From Salpingoeca rosetta (taxonomy: Eukaryota > Protista > Choanoflagellata): 64,000 nt of DNA. The position numbers were made by a program, and so were the translations under genes. Positions 1-17,883 of this stretch are shown here, piece after piece. The notes under the pieces are model-generated. The model saw only the letters and a program-made list of their open reading frames with translations. It ran no database searches and was not told the origin of the DNA. The first letter of the stretch is position 1, and the number at the start of each line of letters is the position of its first letter. The stretch lies in NCBI GenBank assembly GCA_033442325.1, contig JAWQFM010000004.1, forward strand, positions 1,357,917 through 1,421,916, read 5' to 3'.

Positions 1-518
1 GCCCAATGCACAGGCCAACCTACCGACAAAAAGATGGGGTACACGCGTGTGTTTGGTGTGTTTGGTGTGTGTGTGTGTGTGTGTGTGTGTGCAAGGGTGG
101 TGGAAGTTTTGAGGGAATGTCATGCAACACAGCTTTACACCACACGCACACGCACACATACGCACATAAGCACAGACGCATACGCACAGACGCAAGCACA
201 CATGCACATGCACGCATGCACGCACCATGCGTTTGGGTGTGTTGCGGCTGAGGGCTTCGTAGTATGTGACGCGCAGGATGCTGCCGGGGTAAAATTCGGG
301 AATGGGGTTATCCTGGGTGCGGAGATACATCTCCTCCCGCTCAACAGCGGTCAGCACATCGCACTTGAGAGCCTTGGAGAGTAAAGGACAACGAGGGAAG
401 GGAGGGCAACGTGTGAGGTGACGCACAACCAATGCTTCTGTTCGCAAGATGGCCTGGAACTGTCCCCACACACACGCGCGCGCACACGCGCACGCACACA
501 CACACGCACACAAACGCA

Positions 519-554
<36 letters not shown>

Positions 555-826
555 TGTGCAGTACCTTTGGCGAAAAGTCCTTTGCCTTCTCCGGCTTGCT
601 GGTTTGCTGGCGTTCGGCCTGTGCCTGTGCAGCAGCTTGTCTCTTCTCCAACAACATCTGACGCTTCTTACTCCGACCTGGCCACAAGCAACACCACCAC
701 GCAGCATGAGTTGGAGCGACGCAGATACAAGTACAAATGCAAACACGAATGCACACAAGTACGAATGCGAATGCGAATGCGAATGCGAATGCACACAAGT
801 ACGAATACGAATGCGAATGCGAATGC

Positions 827-894
<68 letters not shown>

Positions 895-1377
895 ACACAA
901 TCACACACGCACACACGCACCCACACGCACACACAAACACACACACACACACAAGCACGCACACAACGGACACGCAAACACACCGGGTGGACCGTCGCTG
1001 GCACCAGCCTTCTTCTTCTTTTTGTTGCCGGCCTTCTTTGAGGCATATCGCCGAGCCGACGCCAACACCGCAGGCTCTTTGTACAGTGGCAGCAACGATG
1101 ATGACGACGACCATGGTGATGACGACGGCCTGGCAACTGCCAAGCATGTGCACAGGGATGAGGACGCCCTCGTTGCAACCGTTGCCGCGACCCCACTGAA
1201 CCCTGTCACTGTCTGCTCATCAAACCGCACTGCTGCTGCCGTCACAGGAGCAGCCGCACGCCGCGCCAGCACGACCCCGGTTCTCGCCGTCGCCGCTGTC
1301 ACCAGTGCCCGCTGCTGGCTGCGCACCAACACGCCACGAGCAGCACCCCCCATCACCCTCATCCTCATCGCCAGCAT
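1..1377 (-). CDS. MRPL19: Mitochondrial ribosomal protein bL19m, multi-exon, 3' end outside window
   Basis: Arg/Ala-rich presequence-like N-terminus from ATG 1377 (MLAMRMRVMGGAARG...). Exon ~228-374 reads ALKCDVLTAVEREEMYLRTQDNPIPEFYPGSILRVTYYEALSRNTPKRM and splices to VGLCIG at 1-19, matching the MRPL19 'IPEFYxGSILRV...F.G.CI' signature. Confidence 0.85.
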
Positions 1378-1514
1378 CCTACTTCACTGCTTGATTCAGG
1401 TCGAAAATCTACGACTCGTGGCGCTGAAAGCAAAATGTGCGGCTAGTGCGCACTTATTTCGTGTCAGCGCTGATATCCACCACCATGAGGTTGGCAATAC
1501 GGACAACCCCAGCG

Positions 1515-2291
1515 ATGCTGCTGGCTCGTCGCTGGTGTGCCAGTGCACGCTGCACACCACTGAGGCCAGCTGGCACACGCACAGCAGCACAGCCGCCTTG
1601 TGCGGTGTCTTTGCAGACACACGGGATTGCCCGGGGGTGCGGCCGCGCTGTTGTGATGCCACACGTGCACCGCCGCAGCATGCACGATGAGCCGTCACTG
1701 AAGGACGAGGCTGTGCGCGCATATCTGGACCGCGTGTTGGAGCGGAGGCGCGATCTGCAGACCACTATCGTCCGCCTGGCAGAGGTCACCCACTTGCGCA
1801 TGCACAGGCGTTCTCGTGTTCGTTGTGTCCCCAGCTCGGTGGCCCATTCATTCGAAGAGCCTTTCTCAATGCGGAAGCGCTGCACGCGAGCTCACACAAG
1901 CAATCGCCACATGCATGTCCACTGACAGGAAGGTGATTCTGAAAGCGTCGTGGAGAAGACGCAGCTGCTAGCAAAGACAGACGCGCTGGCCGAGGCTGCC
2001 AGTGCCTGGTTTGATCTCTCCAAGGTGCGTGCATGTGTGTGTGTGTGTGTGTGTATGTGGGCGGGAGGGGTTTGCGTGAGTGGTGCTCACTATTCACCAT
2101 TCGCCATCACCATTCACCGTTCACCATTCGCCATCGCCATTCACCATGCACCATTCTGCACCATCACCACTTCCTCTCACTAGGAAATGGAGGAGCTTGA
2201 ACACATGCAAAGAACAGAGACGGATCCCGATCTCAAAGCAATGGCTGTCAGCGAGCTCAAGTGAGATGCGCTGGCTTTGGAGTTGTGTATG

Positions 2292-2323
<32 letters not shown>

Positions 2324-3111
2324 CGTGTGCGTGTGCGTGTGCGTGTGCGATGCTTGCTCACTCGGCGCAATCACCCCCTTCCTCGTCACCCTCACCCCAA
2401 CTTCTCCTCCGCGCAGGGAGGTGCGTGCGCGGGCCCCCGAGGTGGAGCAGCTGCTGCTTTCAGCGATGGTCCCGCACGACGACGCCGACGACGGCAGTGC
2501 CATTGTTGAGATTCGCGCGGGAACCGGCGGCACAGAGGCCGCCATATTCGCCAAGGACTTGTACAAGCTGTACCAGCACCTGGCTGTGCGGCGCGGGTGG
2601 CGTGTACAGGAGATGACGACGAGCTACACAGAGGGTGTTGGCTCTGACGACGGTCTCAAGGAGGTGACCTTCTCCGTCAACGGCCAGGACGCGTTTGGAT
2701 CCCTCAAGGTTTGTGTGTGTGTGTGTGTGTCTGTGTGTGTCTGTGTGTGTCTGTGTGTGTCGTTGTCTGTAGCAGTGCCACGATGTGGTATTCGATCCTT
2801 GTGCGAGAGCCTCACCGGCATGCCCTCATGTCCTTTGCGCCCATATGAACGTGCGATTGCGCTTTGTGTGAGCAGTTTGAGAGTGGGGTGCACCGTGTGC
2901 AACGAGTGCCGATCACGGAAGCAGCGGGACGCATCCACACGAGCACAGCAACAGTCGCCGTCCTCCCACAGGCGTCAGAGGTAACGACGACGATGGTGAT
3001 GTGGTGGTTGAGGGTGGTGGTGGTGATGATGAGCAGGGATGAAGTATTGGGCATGCAACGGTCCAATGCACGCAACACATCACACTCACTCGCATACACA
3101 CACACAGATCA

Positions 3112-3186
<75 letters not shown>

Positions 3187-4023
3187 TCACACACACACCC
3201 CCCCCCTTCTTTGCACAGGTGACGGTGTCGATTCACGAGCGGGACATCAAGATGGACACGTACCGGTCTGGCGGCGCCGGCGGGCAGCACGTCAACACCA
3301 CCGACAGCGCCGTGCGCCTCACACACATCCCAACAGGCATTGTCGTTGCTGTCCAGTCAGAACGCTCCCAGCACAGGGTAGGGCGTGGTTGTGANNNNNN
3401 NNNNNNNNNNNNNNNNNNNNNNNNNNNNNNNNNNNNNNNNNNNNNNNNNNNNNNNNNNNNNNNNNNNNNNNNNNNNNNNNNNNNNNNNNNNNNNTGTGGC
3501 TGTGTGTTTGTGTGTGTCTGTGTATGTATGTGTGTATGTATGTGTGTTTGTGTGTGTGTGTGTGTTTGTTTGTCCACATCTCGTCTCACTGCTACAAACC
3601 AATGTCTCACCATGACTCCCCCCGTTCCCCGTTCACCCTTCCCCACCCCACTTCCTCGCATGTGTGTGTGTGTGCACAGAACCGGGATGTGGCGATGAAG
3701 ATGATTCGTGCGCGTGTGTACCAGCAGGAGCGCGAGAAAGCGCAGCTCGAACGCGCAGAACAGCGACGCGCCCTGGTGGGATGACGATGATGACGATGGC
3801 GATGATGACGATGGCCGTGGTGGCGGTTGTGATTAGAAATGGCTGTCTGCTGTGCATGCGCACACTGTATCTCACCACCACCACCACCACCGCAATCATC
3901 GCTGTACCAACAGATTGGAGGAACGCCTGGCTCGCGCTCTGATCGAATTCGCACATACAATTTCCCGCAGGACCGCGTCACAGGTGACGATGATGGGTGT
4001 GGCGGTGGTGGCGATGCGTTCGC

Positions 4024-4095
<72 letters not shown>

Positions 4096-4362
4096 GAGAC
4101 AGCATATGCGGAAGCAAATAGATGCTCGTGTACTCACACACACGCACACACATACGCACACATACACCCATCCCCCCCCCCTCACACACACACATTCACA
4201 CATGCAGACCACCGCGTGAATGTGCGGGCGTCGCTGTCGAGCGTGCTTGAGGACGACGGCCTGGACGGGATCATCTCATCGCTTCGCCAGCACGACAACA
4301 TGGAGCGACTGCTGCACGTCTTGGAGGAGGACGCCGCTACACCACACACACACAGCGCTTAG
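1515..4362 (+). CDS. Mitochondrial class-I peptide chain release factor (RF1/mtRF1a-like), ~9 exons
   Basis: Exons encode [48 protein letters not shown] (PxT codon-recognition motif), [26 protein letters not shown] (GGQ) and [19 protein letters not shown]. Presequence-like N-terminus [12 protein letters not shown]. Confidence 0.95.
3395..3494. other. Assembly gap (100 N) inside a release-factor intron
   Basis: Run of N. Confidence 1.
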
Positions 4363-4760
4363 CATCATCGTTACAGTGGCACGGGCTGTGTGTGTGTCCG
4401 TTTGTGCGTGTGTGTGCATGTGTGTGCGCGCGTTTCTGTCTGTGTAAGCTTACATTTATGCGCCGCACACACACACACACCCTCGCTCATATGATCACCT
4501 GTTCGCATGTTTACTTCTTGTTGACGCCGCTGTTGTTTTACGATTGTACTGCTTGTATTTAATGATGTCTCACGTGCGTGTATGTACACATGCGCATATT
4601 AAAGAAATGGTAACTGGCCAGCAAGCCATGGGGGCGTGACGAGCGAATCGAGCGTGGCTGGCACAACTCCACACAGCCGGAACATGGCGTAACTTATCGA
4701 TGCGGTGCACACACAACGTTGCATCACCACATTCATCACACCTCTCCCCCGCCCCCTCCT

Positions 4761-4957
4761 CTACACCTTGTCTTGCGCGTGTGCTTGTGATGTGGATGGA
4801 GGCGAGCGGTTCGACGTGCCTGCAGGCATCATCCAGATGAGCGCACAGCAGCCCGCTGTTGCCCGTTGGTGGCGGTGAGGGGCGGTGATGGCAATGGTGA
4901 TGATACGATTCATGCGAACCAACGTGAATCAGACCAAAGAGTCATCCGAACAGCTTG

Positions 4958-4990
<33 letters not shown>

Positions 4991-6756
4991 CGATGTGTGT
5001 GTGTGACGATGTGTGTGTGTGTGACGATGTGTGTGTGTGTGTGACGATGTGTGCGCTCATCTGCGCTGGATGTGCAAAGTGAATTGTAAGGCGCCACACG
5101 TGTCACCTTGCGTTGCGGCGAGGAGGAGGCAGACGGTTGAGATGGCCAGCTGCCCCACATAGAGCAGGATCACACACACCATCACGTTTAAGGGGACACG
5201 AAACAGATTGAGGATGGTCGCACGCACACGCTCGTCCACACACGCAGCGCGCAGCGTCCCCATACCCGGCCAGAACACACCCACGGCCACCTGATAGTGG
5301 TGGTGGTGGTGAAGACGGTGACGTGCGAGGGCGGTGTTAATACATATGGGACGTGGTGTGTATTGGTTGGGTTGTGCACACGCGCACAGATGTGCATGTG
5401 AACAAGCACTCATTGACATACAAATAATATGCACGCTCACACACCTCGTAAAGAAGAAAGGCTGCGAATCTCGCATGTGTCGCTGTTGTGATGGCGGGAA
5501 CAGCGAGAGAGACGGTTGCGCAGAGGAACACGCCAAACAGAACAGATCGCATATCCACAGCTGCACCGCCACTCGAAGACACCCACTGCACATGTGTGTG
5601 TGTGTGTCAAGGTGTGTGTTGGTGTCGTGAGTGAGAGACGGCGTACACGTGACACAGCGCCGTGTTGATGCCACATCTTACAAGCTAATAAGGTCGAGAC
5701 AACAACCCCTTCAATCTTCACCATCACGCTGCCATCATCACCGCCAATCCCACCTTGAACAGGGCGCCACCGATGGCGCAGCAGATCATGAATGTGGCGA
5801 AGATGGTGCCGAGGGGAAGAGAGGTGGTCGCCCCTTCCTGTAGCGCCGGTGTCCAGATGAACACAAACGTGTACATGGCGCCCTCAAACAGCGACTGCAG
5901 CGTTCCAAGCAGCAGCACCTGAACACCCATGAATGAATGGGTGGATGATGCATGAACAGTGTTATTGATTGCATGAAATTCACAATTCACACACACACAC
6001 ACACGCAACTACGCACATACACGCAACTACGCACATGTACGCACATACACACACACGCACACACCAGCACGTGCATCGCTTACGCTGCGGTCTGTGCGAA
6101 TGGCGCGCCAGGCGTCTGCCAAATTCGACTGGAGATCACTTCCGGCCTGGCCAAAGTTTTCGCCCCACGTGCTCCAAACGGCAACGGTCCCCACAGCCAG
6201 CAGCGCGAAGGAAAAGTCAAACGGTGCAACAGGGTGACCAGCAAGGTCCACAGCAGCCTGAGCCACAACAACACACAAGCAACAAGTGTGAACCGTGGCT
6301 GAGAGAGAGGGAGAGTGTGTGGGGGGTGTTGCACCTCATCTTGATGCTGTTATTGCAGCAGACCTCATGCGCAAGATTGCATGCCTGCATGCACAAAGCC
6401 ACCAGCAAACAGCATGCACGTACACTCCCTGTCTCATCTGAAGCTGACCTGTGCGGCCCATCCGGCCAAGATGGCGACGATGCCGTTGCCTACAGACATG
6501 TACGCGAACGTGGAAGCGAGCCACGTGCTGTCGAAGCCTGCCTTCTCGTGCTCTGCAACCTGAATAATCCCCGAAGTACACACAAGCAGATGCAGGAGAA
6601 CGACAGGGTGTACGTGGGTGTACCAATTTGAGATGGAGAACATAGTCAAGCAGCAACGCCACAAGCACTGCGTCGTGACATGAACGTTTGACTTGACTAC
6701 AGCCGCTTCCATTGATCCCCCTCTTCAAACACACACAGGCCCTTGTGCTCGTCTGC

Positions 6757-6804
<48 letters not shown>

Positions 6805-7665
6805 GGTGCGGACCACTGACCATCCAGGCCTCAAACACGGAGAAGAGGAGCGACGTGGCAATGCCGCCGAGCACACGCCCGACAATCAAGACGGGGAAGC
6901 TGTTGAAGTGCTTGGTGACGCAGGACGCCATGTACAGCAGCCCATACAGCACAGCACCTAGGCGAGCAGCAACCGTGGTGGCAGGCAACAGTACACAGGC
7001 AAGCACACAACGTATGAGCTCGTGTGGGGAATCGAAGATGCAGCCGCTGGGCTGCACGTAATGTGTGGTTTTATACGCACACCACTCTCACCCGCCAGGC
7101 ATGCGACGACGACAACAACATCATGCAAGCGAGAGCCGATGGGTTGTGGGCCTGACATCTCACCAAACTTTCGACCACGCTTGTCCGCGAGGCTGCCGGC
7201 AATGGTGCCCAGCGTGAGGGATGCACCGAAGCCAGCGATGAACAGCTGTCCGTTCTGGGCAATGGAGAACCCGTAGTGCTCGTACAAGTTGTAGACATAG
7301 GGCCCTTGCGCCCAATCCGCGGCCGTCATCACCAGATACACCGTGAGAAACCGCCACTGGAACTGCCTGAGCAAGGCGCAAGGTATGCGCATTACAGTGT
7401 GTATATGTGTATGTGTGTGTATGTATGTGTGTGTGTATGTATGTGTATGTGTGTGTATGTGTGTGTGCGTGTTGGAGTGAGGCCATGGAAAGCTGAAGCA
7501 TTGACGAGCATGTCAGTCGCAAGAACTCACTCCTTCGAACCTGAATGAGTTGGATGCGGCCGTGTGGGTGCTATTCGCTGCTGCAGATGACGACGGCTTG
7601 CGCTGTGCAAACAGCAACAGTCCCAGCACAACAGCGGTGCATGCACTCACATACGAGTACACCAT
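4761..7665 (-). CDS. MFSD5: MFS molybdate-anion transporter (MFSD5/MOT2 family), multi-exon
   Basis: Exons encode FLTVYLVMTAADWAQGPYVYNLYEHYGF, GRVLGGIATSLLFSVFEAWM, QSLFEGAMYTFVFIWTPAL and RVRATILNLFRVPLN, all MFSD5 signatures. Last exon ends AHAQDKV* at 4761. The start could be a slightly upstream ATG. Confidence 0.92.
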
Positions 7666-7825
7666 CGTCGGCGTGGGTTGCAGGGAGGACATGTCTGCAT
7701 TGATCAGCTTCAATGGTTGTAGAAAATCATGTACATCTCCAGCCACTTTTCACAACTGCACTGACCAAAAAAGAAAAACGCGCGGTGGTTGGTGGTGTGT
7801 TGTTGTCAAGAGAAGAAGAGGCTGC

Positions 7826-7921
7826 TGTGTTGTTGTTGTTGTTGTTGTTGTGGTTGTTGTTGTTGTTGTTGTGGTTGTTGTTGTTGTTGTTGTGTGTGTT
7901 GTTGTTGTTGTTGTTGTTGTT
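7826..7921. repeat. (GTT)n trinucleotide microsatellite in the divergent MFSD5/SAXO4 intergenic region
   Basis: Direct reading of the sequence. Confidence 0.95.
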
Positions 7922-8030
7922 CCCCTCGCTCAAGTTGGCTCACCTTGTTGGCGTGTTCATTCCTTGCTCGCTGTAGGAACATCAGCAGAGAGCATCAAAC
8001 GCTAGGAATCAAGCGCTTTTGTCTGCCATA

Positions 8031-10920
<2,890 letters not shown>

Positions 10921-11078
10921 GCGAGCAGGGAAGCGACCGCACATGGATAAAATAAGTCTATCCACACGACGCACACATGCACAAAGGAGACGTGGCTTCT
11001 TCTTCCATTGACTTTGTTGTTTGCTGCCCAAAAGCGCGAAAACCTTCGAACAAACTTTGCGGACAGCAACGAAGGAAG

Positions 11079-12359
11079 ATGAACAACCCTGGCCTGACGT
11101 TGGTGGTGGTGGCAAGTTGCTCGCTGTTGTTGACGATGATGCCGTTCATCGGCGTTGTTGGAGGGGTGACGCTGAAGGAGGACGGTGCGGGCGCGTTTCA
11201 CATCAACACTAGCGATCCAATGAGCCAGCCCGTGTTCGTGAACGGGATGCAAGTGGATGGGCTGTTCGAGACAATGGACACGCTGTTGCGGGCATTCTCA
11301 ACGCAGCAGAGTACCATCGACGCGCAGCAGAGCACGATCGATGCGCTGCAGAGCACGGCCTTCGCGCAGCAAAGCGCAATTGATGGACTGTGTCGTCGGG
11401 TGGAGCCGAGTGCAAAGACCTTTGGGCAACTTGGCTCGCAGGCTTCAAAATGGGCAGATGGTGTGCTTGGGGGCAATGGTCTGATATACGCCGCGCCGCA
11501 CTTTGCATCCTCCGTGCTTATCATTGATCCCAGCACCAACACCGTCGACACAACCACAATCTCCGGACTTGGGGCAGACGATCGCAAGTGGGCTGGTGGG
11601 GTACTAGCTGACAACGGGCTCGTTTACATGTTTGCTGCTTCCAGGCCAACAATGCTCATCATCGACCCAGACACCAACACCATTGACATCACAAGCATTC
11701 ACTCGCTTGGTTCCGGGCAAAACAAGTGGTTTGGTGGCGTGGTCGCCAGCAACGGCGTCATCTTTGGCATCCCATTGTCTGCGACCTCTGTTCTCATCAT
11801 CGATCCAGAGACCAACACAGCCGACATCACCTCCATGGCTGGTCTCGCTTCCGACTATGACAAGTGGTTCGGCGGTGTGCTGGCAGACAACGGCCTTATC
11901 TACTGCACACCAATCCGTGCAGCCTCTGTCCTCATCATCAATCCACAGTCCATGACCATGGACCTCACCACCATCAGTGGCCTCGGCACGAGCGCCAAGT
12001 GGCTTGCCGGCGTGCTTGCAGGCAACGGACTCATTTACACGATCCCATTTCTTTCGGCATCGACGCTTGTTATTGATCCAGCCACCAACACGACCAGCCA
12101 GGTTCGTGCTGTTTCTCAGTCCTCCATCAGGGACTGGGCGGACGGTGTGCTGGCACCCAACGGCAACGTCGTTGGCATTCCTTTCGACTCCTCATCCGTC
12201 TTCATCATTGATCCAACGACCAACACGATTGATACAACGAGTATCAACGACCTTGGCGGGACAGGCAAATGGTATGGCGCGGTTCTCGGTCCAAACGGCC
12301 TCATCTACGGCATTCCACACTATGCGGAGTCCGTCCTCGTCATCGATCCGGGATGCTGA
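11079..12359 (+). CDS. Intronless predicted secreted protein: signal peptide + short conserved module + Gln-rich coiled coil + 7 x ~46-aa beta-propeller repeats (paralog A)
   Basis: Uninterrupted 426-aa ORF from ATG 11079. Hydrophobic N-terminus, AFHINTSDPMSQPVFVNG module, QQSTIDA heptads, seven KWxGGVLAxNGLIYxxPxxAxSVLIIDP repeats, ends DPGC*. Confidence 0.9.
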   Translation: MNNPGLTLVVVASCSLLLTMMPFIGVVGGVTLKEDGAGAFHINTSDPMSQPVFVNGMQVDGLFETMDTLLRAFSTQQSTIDAQQSTIDALQSTAFAQQSAIDGLCRRVEPSAKTFGQLGSQASKWADGVLGGNGLIYAAPHFASSVLIIDPSTNTVDTTTISGLGADDRKWAGGVLADNGLVYMFAASRPTMLIIDPDTNTIDITSIHSLGSGQNKWFGGVVASNGVIFGIPLSATSVLIIDPETNTADITSMAGLASDYDKWFGGVLADNGLIYCTPIRAASVLIINPQSMTMDLTTISGLGTSAKWLAGVLAGNGLIYTIPFLSASTLVIDPATNTTSQVRAVSQSSIRDWADGVLAPNGNVVGIPFDSSSVFIIDPTTNTIDTTSINDLGGTGKWYGAVLGPNGLIYGIPHYAESVLVIDPGC

Positions 12360-12400
12360 TGTGTGTGTGTGTGCGTGTTTTTGCGTGTATAGGTGTATGG

Positions 12401-12453
<53 letters not shown>

Positions 12454-12697
12454 CTTCTTGGTTGTCCTTGCCCAATCTGTCATTCATCTGATTCCTTAAC
12501 CCTCTCTTAGCGTCAACTTTCGTTCTTTCAACTCTGTGACTGCATCCTGTACGCCTACCACTGTTCATTGGTCCTTGACTTTCACCACCAACTGTCATGT
12601 CACAACAACAACGACAATAGAAGGCGGACACCACAACCAAACCAACCACAAGCCCCCCCCCCCCATGTCGACGTAAACGTCTTCCCGAACGCACGCG

Positions 12698-12794
<97 letters not shown>

Positions 12795-12808
12795 CAAAAC
12801 AAAGCACA

Positions 12809-12843
<35 letters not shown>

Positions 12844-12882
12844 CACACACAACAAAACAAAGCACAACACACACACACACAT

Positions 12883-14139
12883 TCACTGCTCCTGGTCCGC
12901 GTGTGCTGCTGGAGCAAGGGAGAAGGTGTCCTGGCTCACGTGGCGGTTCACCACCCACGTGTATGCGCTGTCAAACGCCGCCGGAAACGCGGTCCGGGCG
13001 TCCACAGCCAGCCCCGCGTAAAGGGGGAAGTACGCTTCCCGCATGCGGCGGTACGCAGCCCACAATACGGACGCGGCACACTCGCGCGATGACGCCAGGA
13101 GGTAGGAGGGCATGCTCAGCTCCATGTGCCGGTGGCGGTCGTCCGCGTGCACAAACTTGCGCTGCACTTCCGTCTTCACGCCGCCCGGGCAGTGCACGGT
13201 GACGCTGACGCCGTGCGCGGCCAGCTCCGGTCGCAGCGTGTCGAAGAACCCGTGCAGGGCGTGCTTGGTGGCTGCGTACCCGGCCTGGAAGGGCGCTGGT
13301 ATCCGCGCGTAGAACGAGCTCACAACCACCACCCGCCCGCGCGTGCGCTTGAGGTGCGGCAGTGCGGCGTGCGTCGCCCGCACGTACCCCCAGTAGTTGA
13401 CCTCCATCAGCCAATGCAGCGCGTCTGTGTTCGGAAGGTCTTCCAGCCGCGACCACGTGCCGGCCGTTCCCGCGTTCAAGATGAGCGTGTCAATGCGGCC
13501 GAGCCGGGCAGCGGCCGTCTCGACGAGCGACATCGCGTCCTCGGGTCGCGTCGCGTCGTACCGCACAATGTGCACCGATGTAGCGCCAGCTCGGCGGCAC
13601 TGCTCTGCAACCTGCTCCAGCCTCTCCATCCGCCGCGCCGCCAGCAGCAGCGCAGCGCCGGCTTCCGCAGCCAACAGCGCCACGTCCTTCCCGATGCCTG
13701 AGGATGCTCCCGTGATCACCACCGCCTGGTTCAGCATGCCCGGCACGACGCCCGCTTTAGTCCAGGCAAGAGCGTCATTGCCGCTCGCGGCGTCGTCAAA
13801 GGCGGAGATGTCGTGGCGTGCTGCAAGCAGCGCCTCCTGCCAGCTCACGTCCACGGAGCGCTGCTGCTGTGCCTGCTGATGCGGTGGGGTGGGGACGTGT
13901 TCCGGGTTGTAGACCTGTAAGCCAGCACGGGCAGCCGCGAGGCACAGCTCCACGACAACGAACCCGGCGTGGTAGGATGCGTCGATGACCAGCGCCGCGG
14001 CCTTGCCCAGGTGAACGGGGATCAGCAGCACGGCTTGCAGAGTTGCGGCCGTGTCCAGTGGGGCCACCTTGTACCCCAGCGTCAGCAGCACCGCCAACAC
14101 CCCCACGCCAACACCCACTCGCCACCAACTCACCACCAT
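12883..14139 (-). CDS. Intronless membrane-anchored short-chain dehydrogenase/reductase (11beta-HSD1/DHRS7-like)
   Basis: 418-aa ORF with VVITGASSGIG (TGxxxGxG), ILNAG, VNYWG, catalytic YAATK and a hydrophobic N-terminus. Confidence 0.9.
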   Translation of the reverse strand: MVVSWWRVGVGVGVLAVLLTLGYKVAPLDTAATLQAVLLIPVHLGKAAALVIDASYHAGFVVVELCLAAARAGLQVYNPEHVPTPPHQQAQQQRSVDVSWQEALLAARHDISAFDDAASGNDALAWTKAGVVPGMLNQAVVITGASSGIGKDVALLAAEAGAALLLAARRMERLEQVAEQCRRAGATSVHIVRYDATRPEDAMSLVETAAARLGRIDTLILNAGTAGTWSRLEDLPNTDALHWLMEVNYWGYVRATHAALPHLKRTRGRVVVVSSFYARIPAPFQAGYAATKHALHGFFDTLRPELAAHGVSVTVHCPGGVKTEVQRKFVHADDRHRHMELSMPSYLLASSRECAASVLWAAYRRMREAYFPLYAGLAVDARTAFPAAFDSAYTWVVNRHVSQDTFSLAPAAHADQEQ

Positions 14140-14240
14140 GTCTTTGCGTTGTTGTCAGTGCTTGCTTGCTTGTGAGAAAAGAAGAGCAAGCAAAAACGCA
14201 ACACAGTCATCAACAACAACATTCAAACGAGCAAGAAAGC

Positions 14241-14284
<44 letters not shown>

Positions 14285-14310
14285 CACACACACAGACACA
14301 CACACACACA

Positions 14311-14367
<57 letters not shown>

Positions 14368-14407
14368 CGCTGATCAACCGACACACCACACCTTGATTCA
14401 CTCTCTG

Positions 14408-17245
<2,838 letters not shown>

Positions 17246-17883
17246 CCGCCACATTGTGTGTCTTGCGTGTGTTTGTGTGTCTTACGTGTGTGCGTGTGAC
17301 TTGTCATGTCTGTTTGCTGTGTTGCTCCATGTCTTCTCCCCTCTCCCTTCAATCTCTTCTCTCGTCTCGTCTCGTCTTCTTCAGCTCGTGCACCATCTGC
17401 AGAAAACCCGTGTCTTGATAAAAATATGCGACTGGTCCACAATTTATTCTTCCACTTGCAAGTGGCAGAAAAAAAGTACACAGAGCACACACAGAGCGAA
17501 CAACCGACAGGCAGACAGTTTGTTTGTGCCAGTTCCAATCCACACATCCACTGCCACCGCTCACCGTAGCCACGCATCCCATACCATCCAATCCAAGCAA
17601 CGCACTGGTGGTACACGACCTTCTCTTCCTTTTCGTGGCTACGCCACGCATTGGTCTCTGTCGTTGTTCCAACAGCACGCTTTCCTCCCGTTTGTCTTCG
17701 TTTCCCGCGCCAGAAGCTTGGCCCCTGTTTCTGTTTCGTGCGTGTCGCGTGCGCTTCTGTTTTGTCGCCGTTCCATCTTTTGGCTTCCTCCTCGCCGTCA
17801 TCTTGCTGGGCAGCGGTTCGGTTCTCAGTGCCCCCACGTTTGTGCAGAGCAACAATTCCTGAGCAGAGGAGCATCATCGCAGC

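Noticed and set aside
745-826. (GAATGC)n hexamer array
   Set aside because: Simple intronic repeat in MRPL19 with no evidence of function.
11400-12350. ~138-bp periodic repeats as a CRISPR-like array or satellite
   Set aside because: The repeats are degenerate, in frame and conserved at the protein level: propeller blades.
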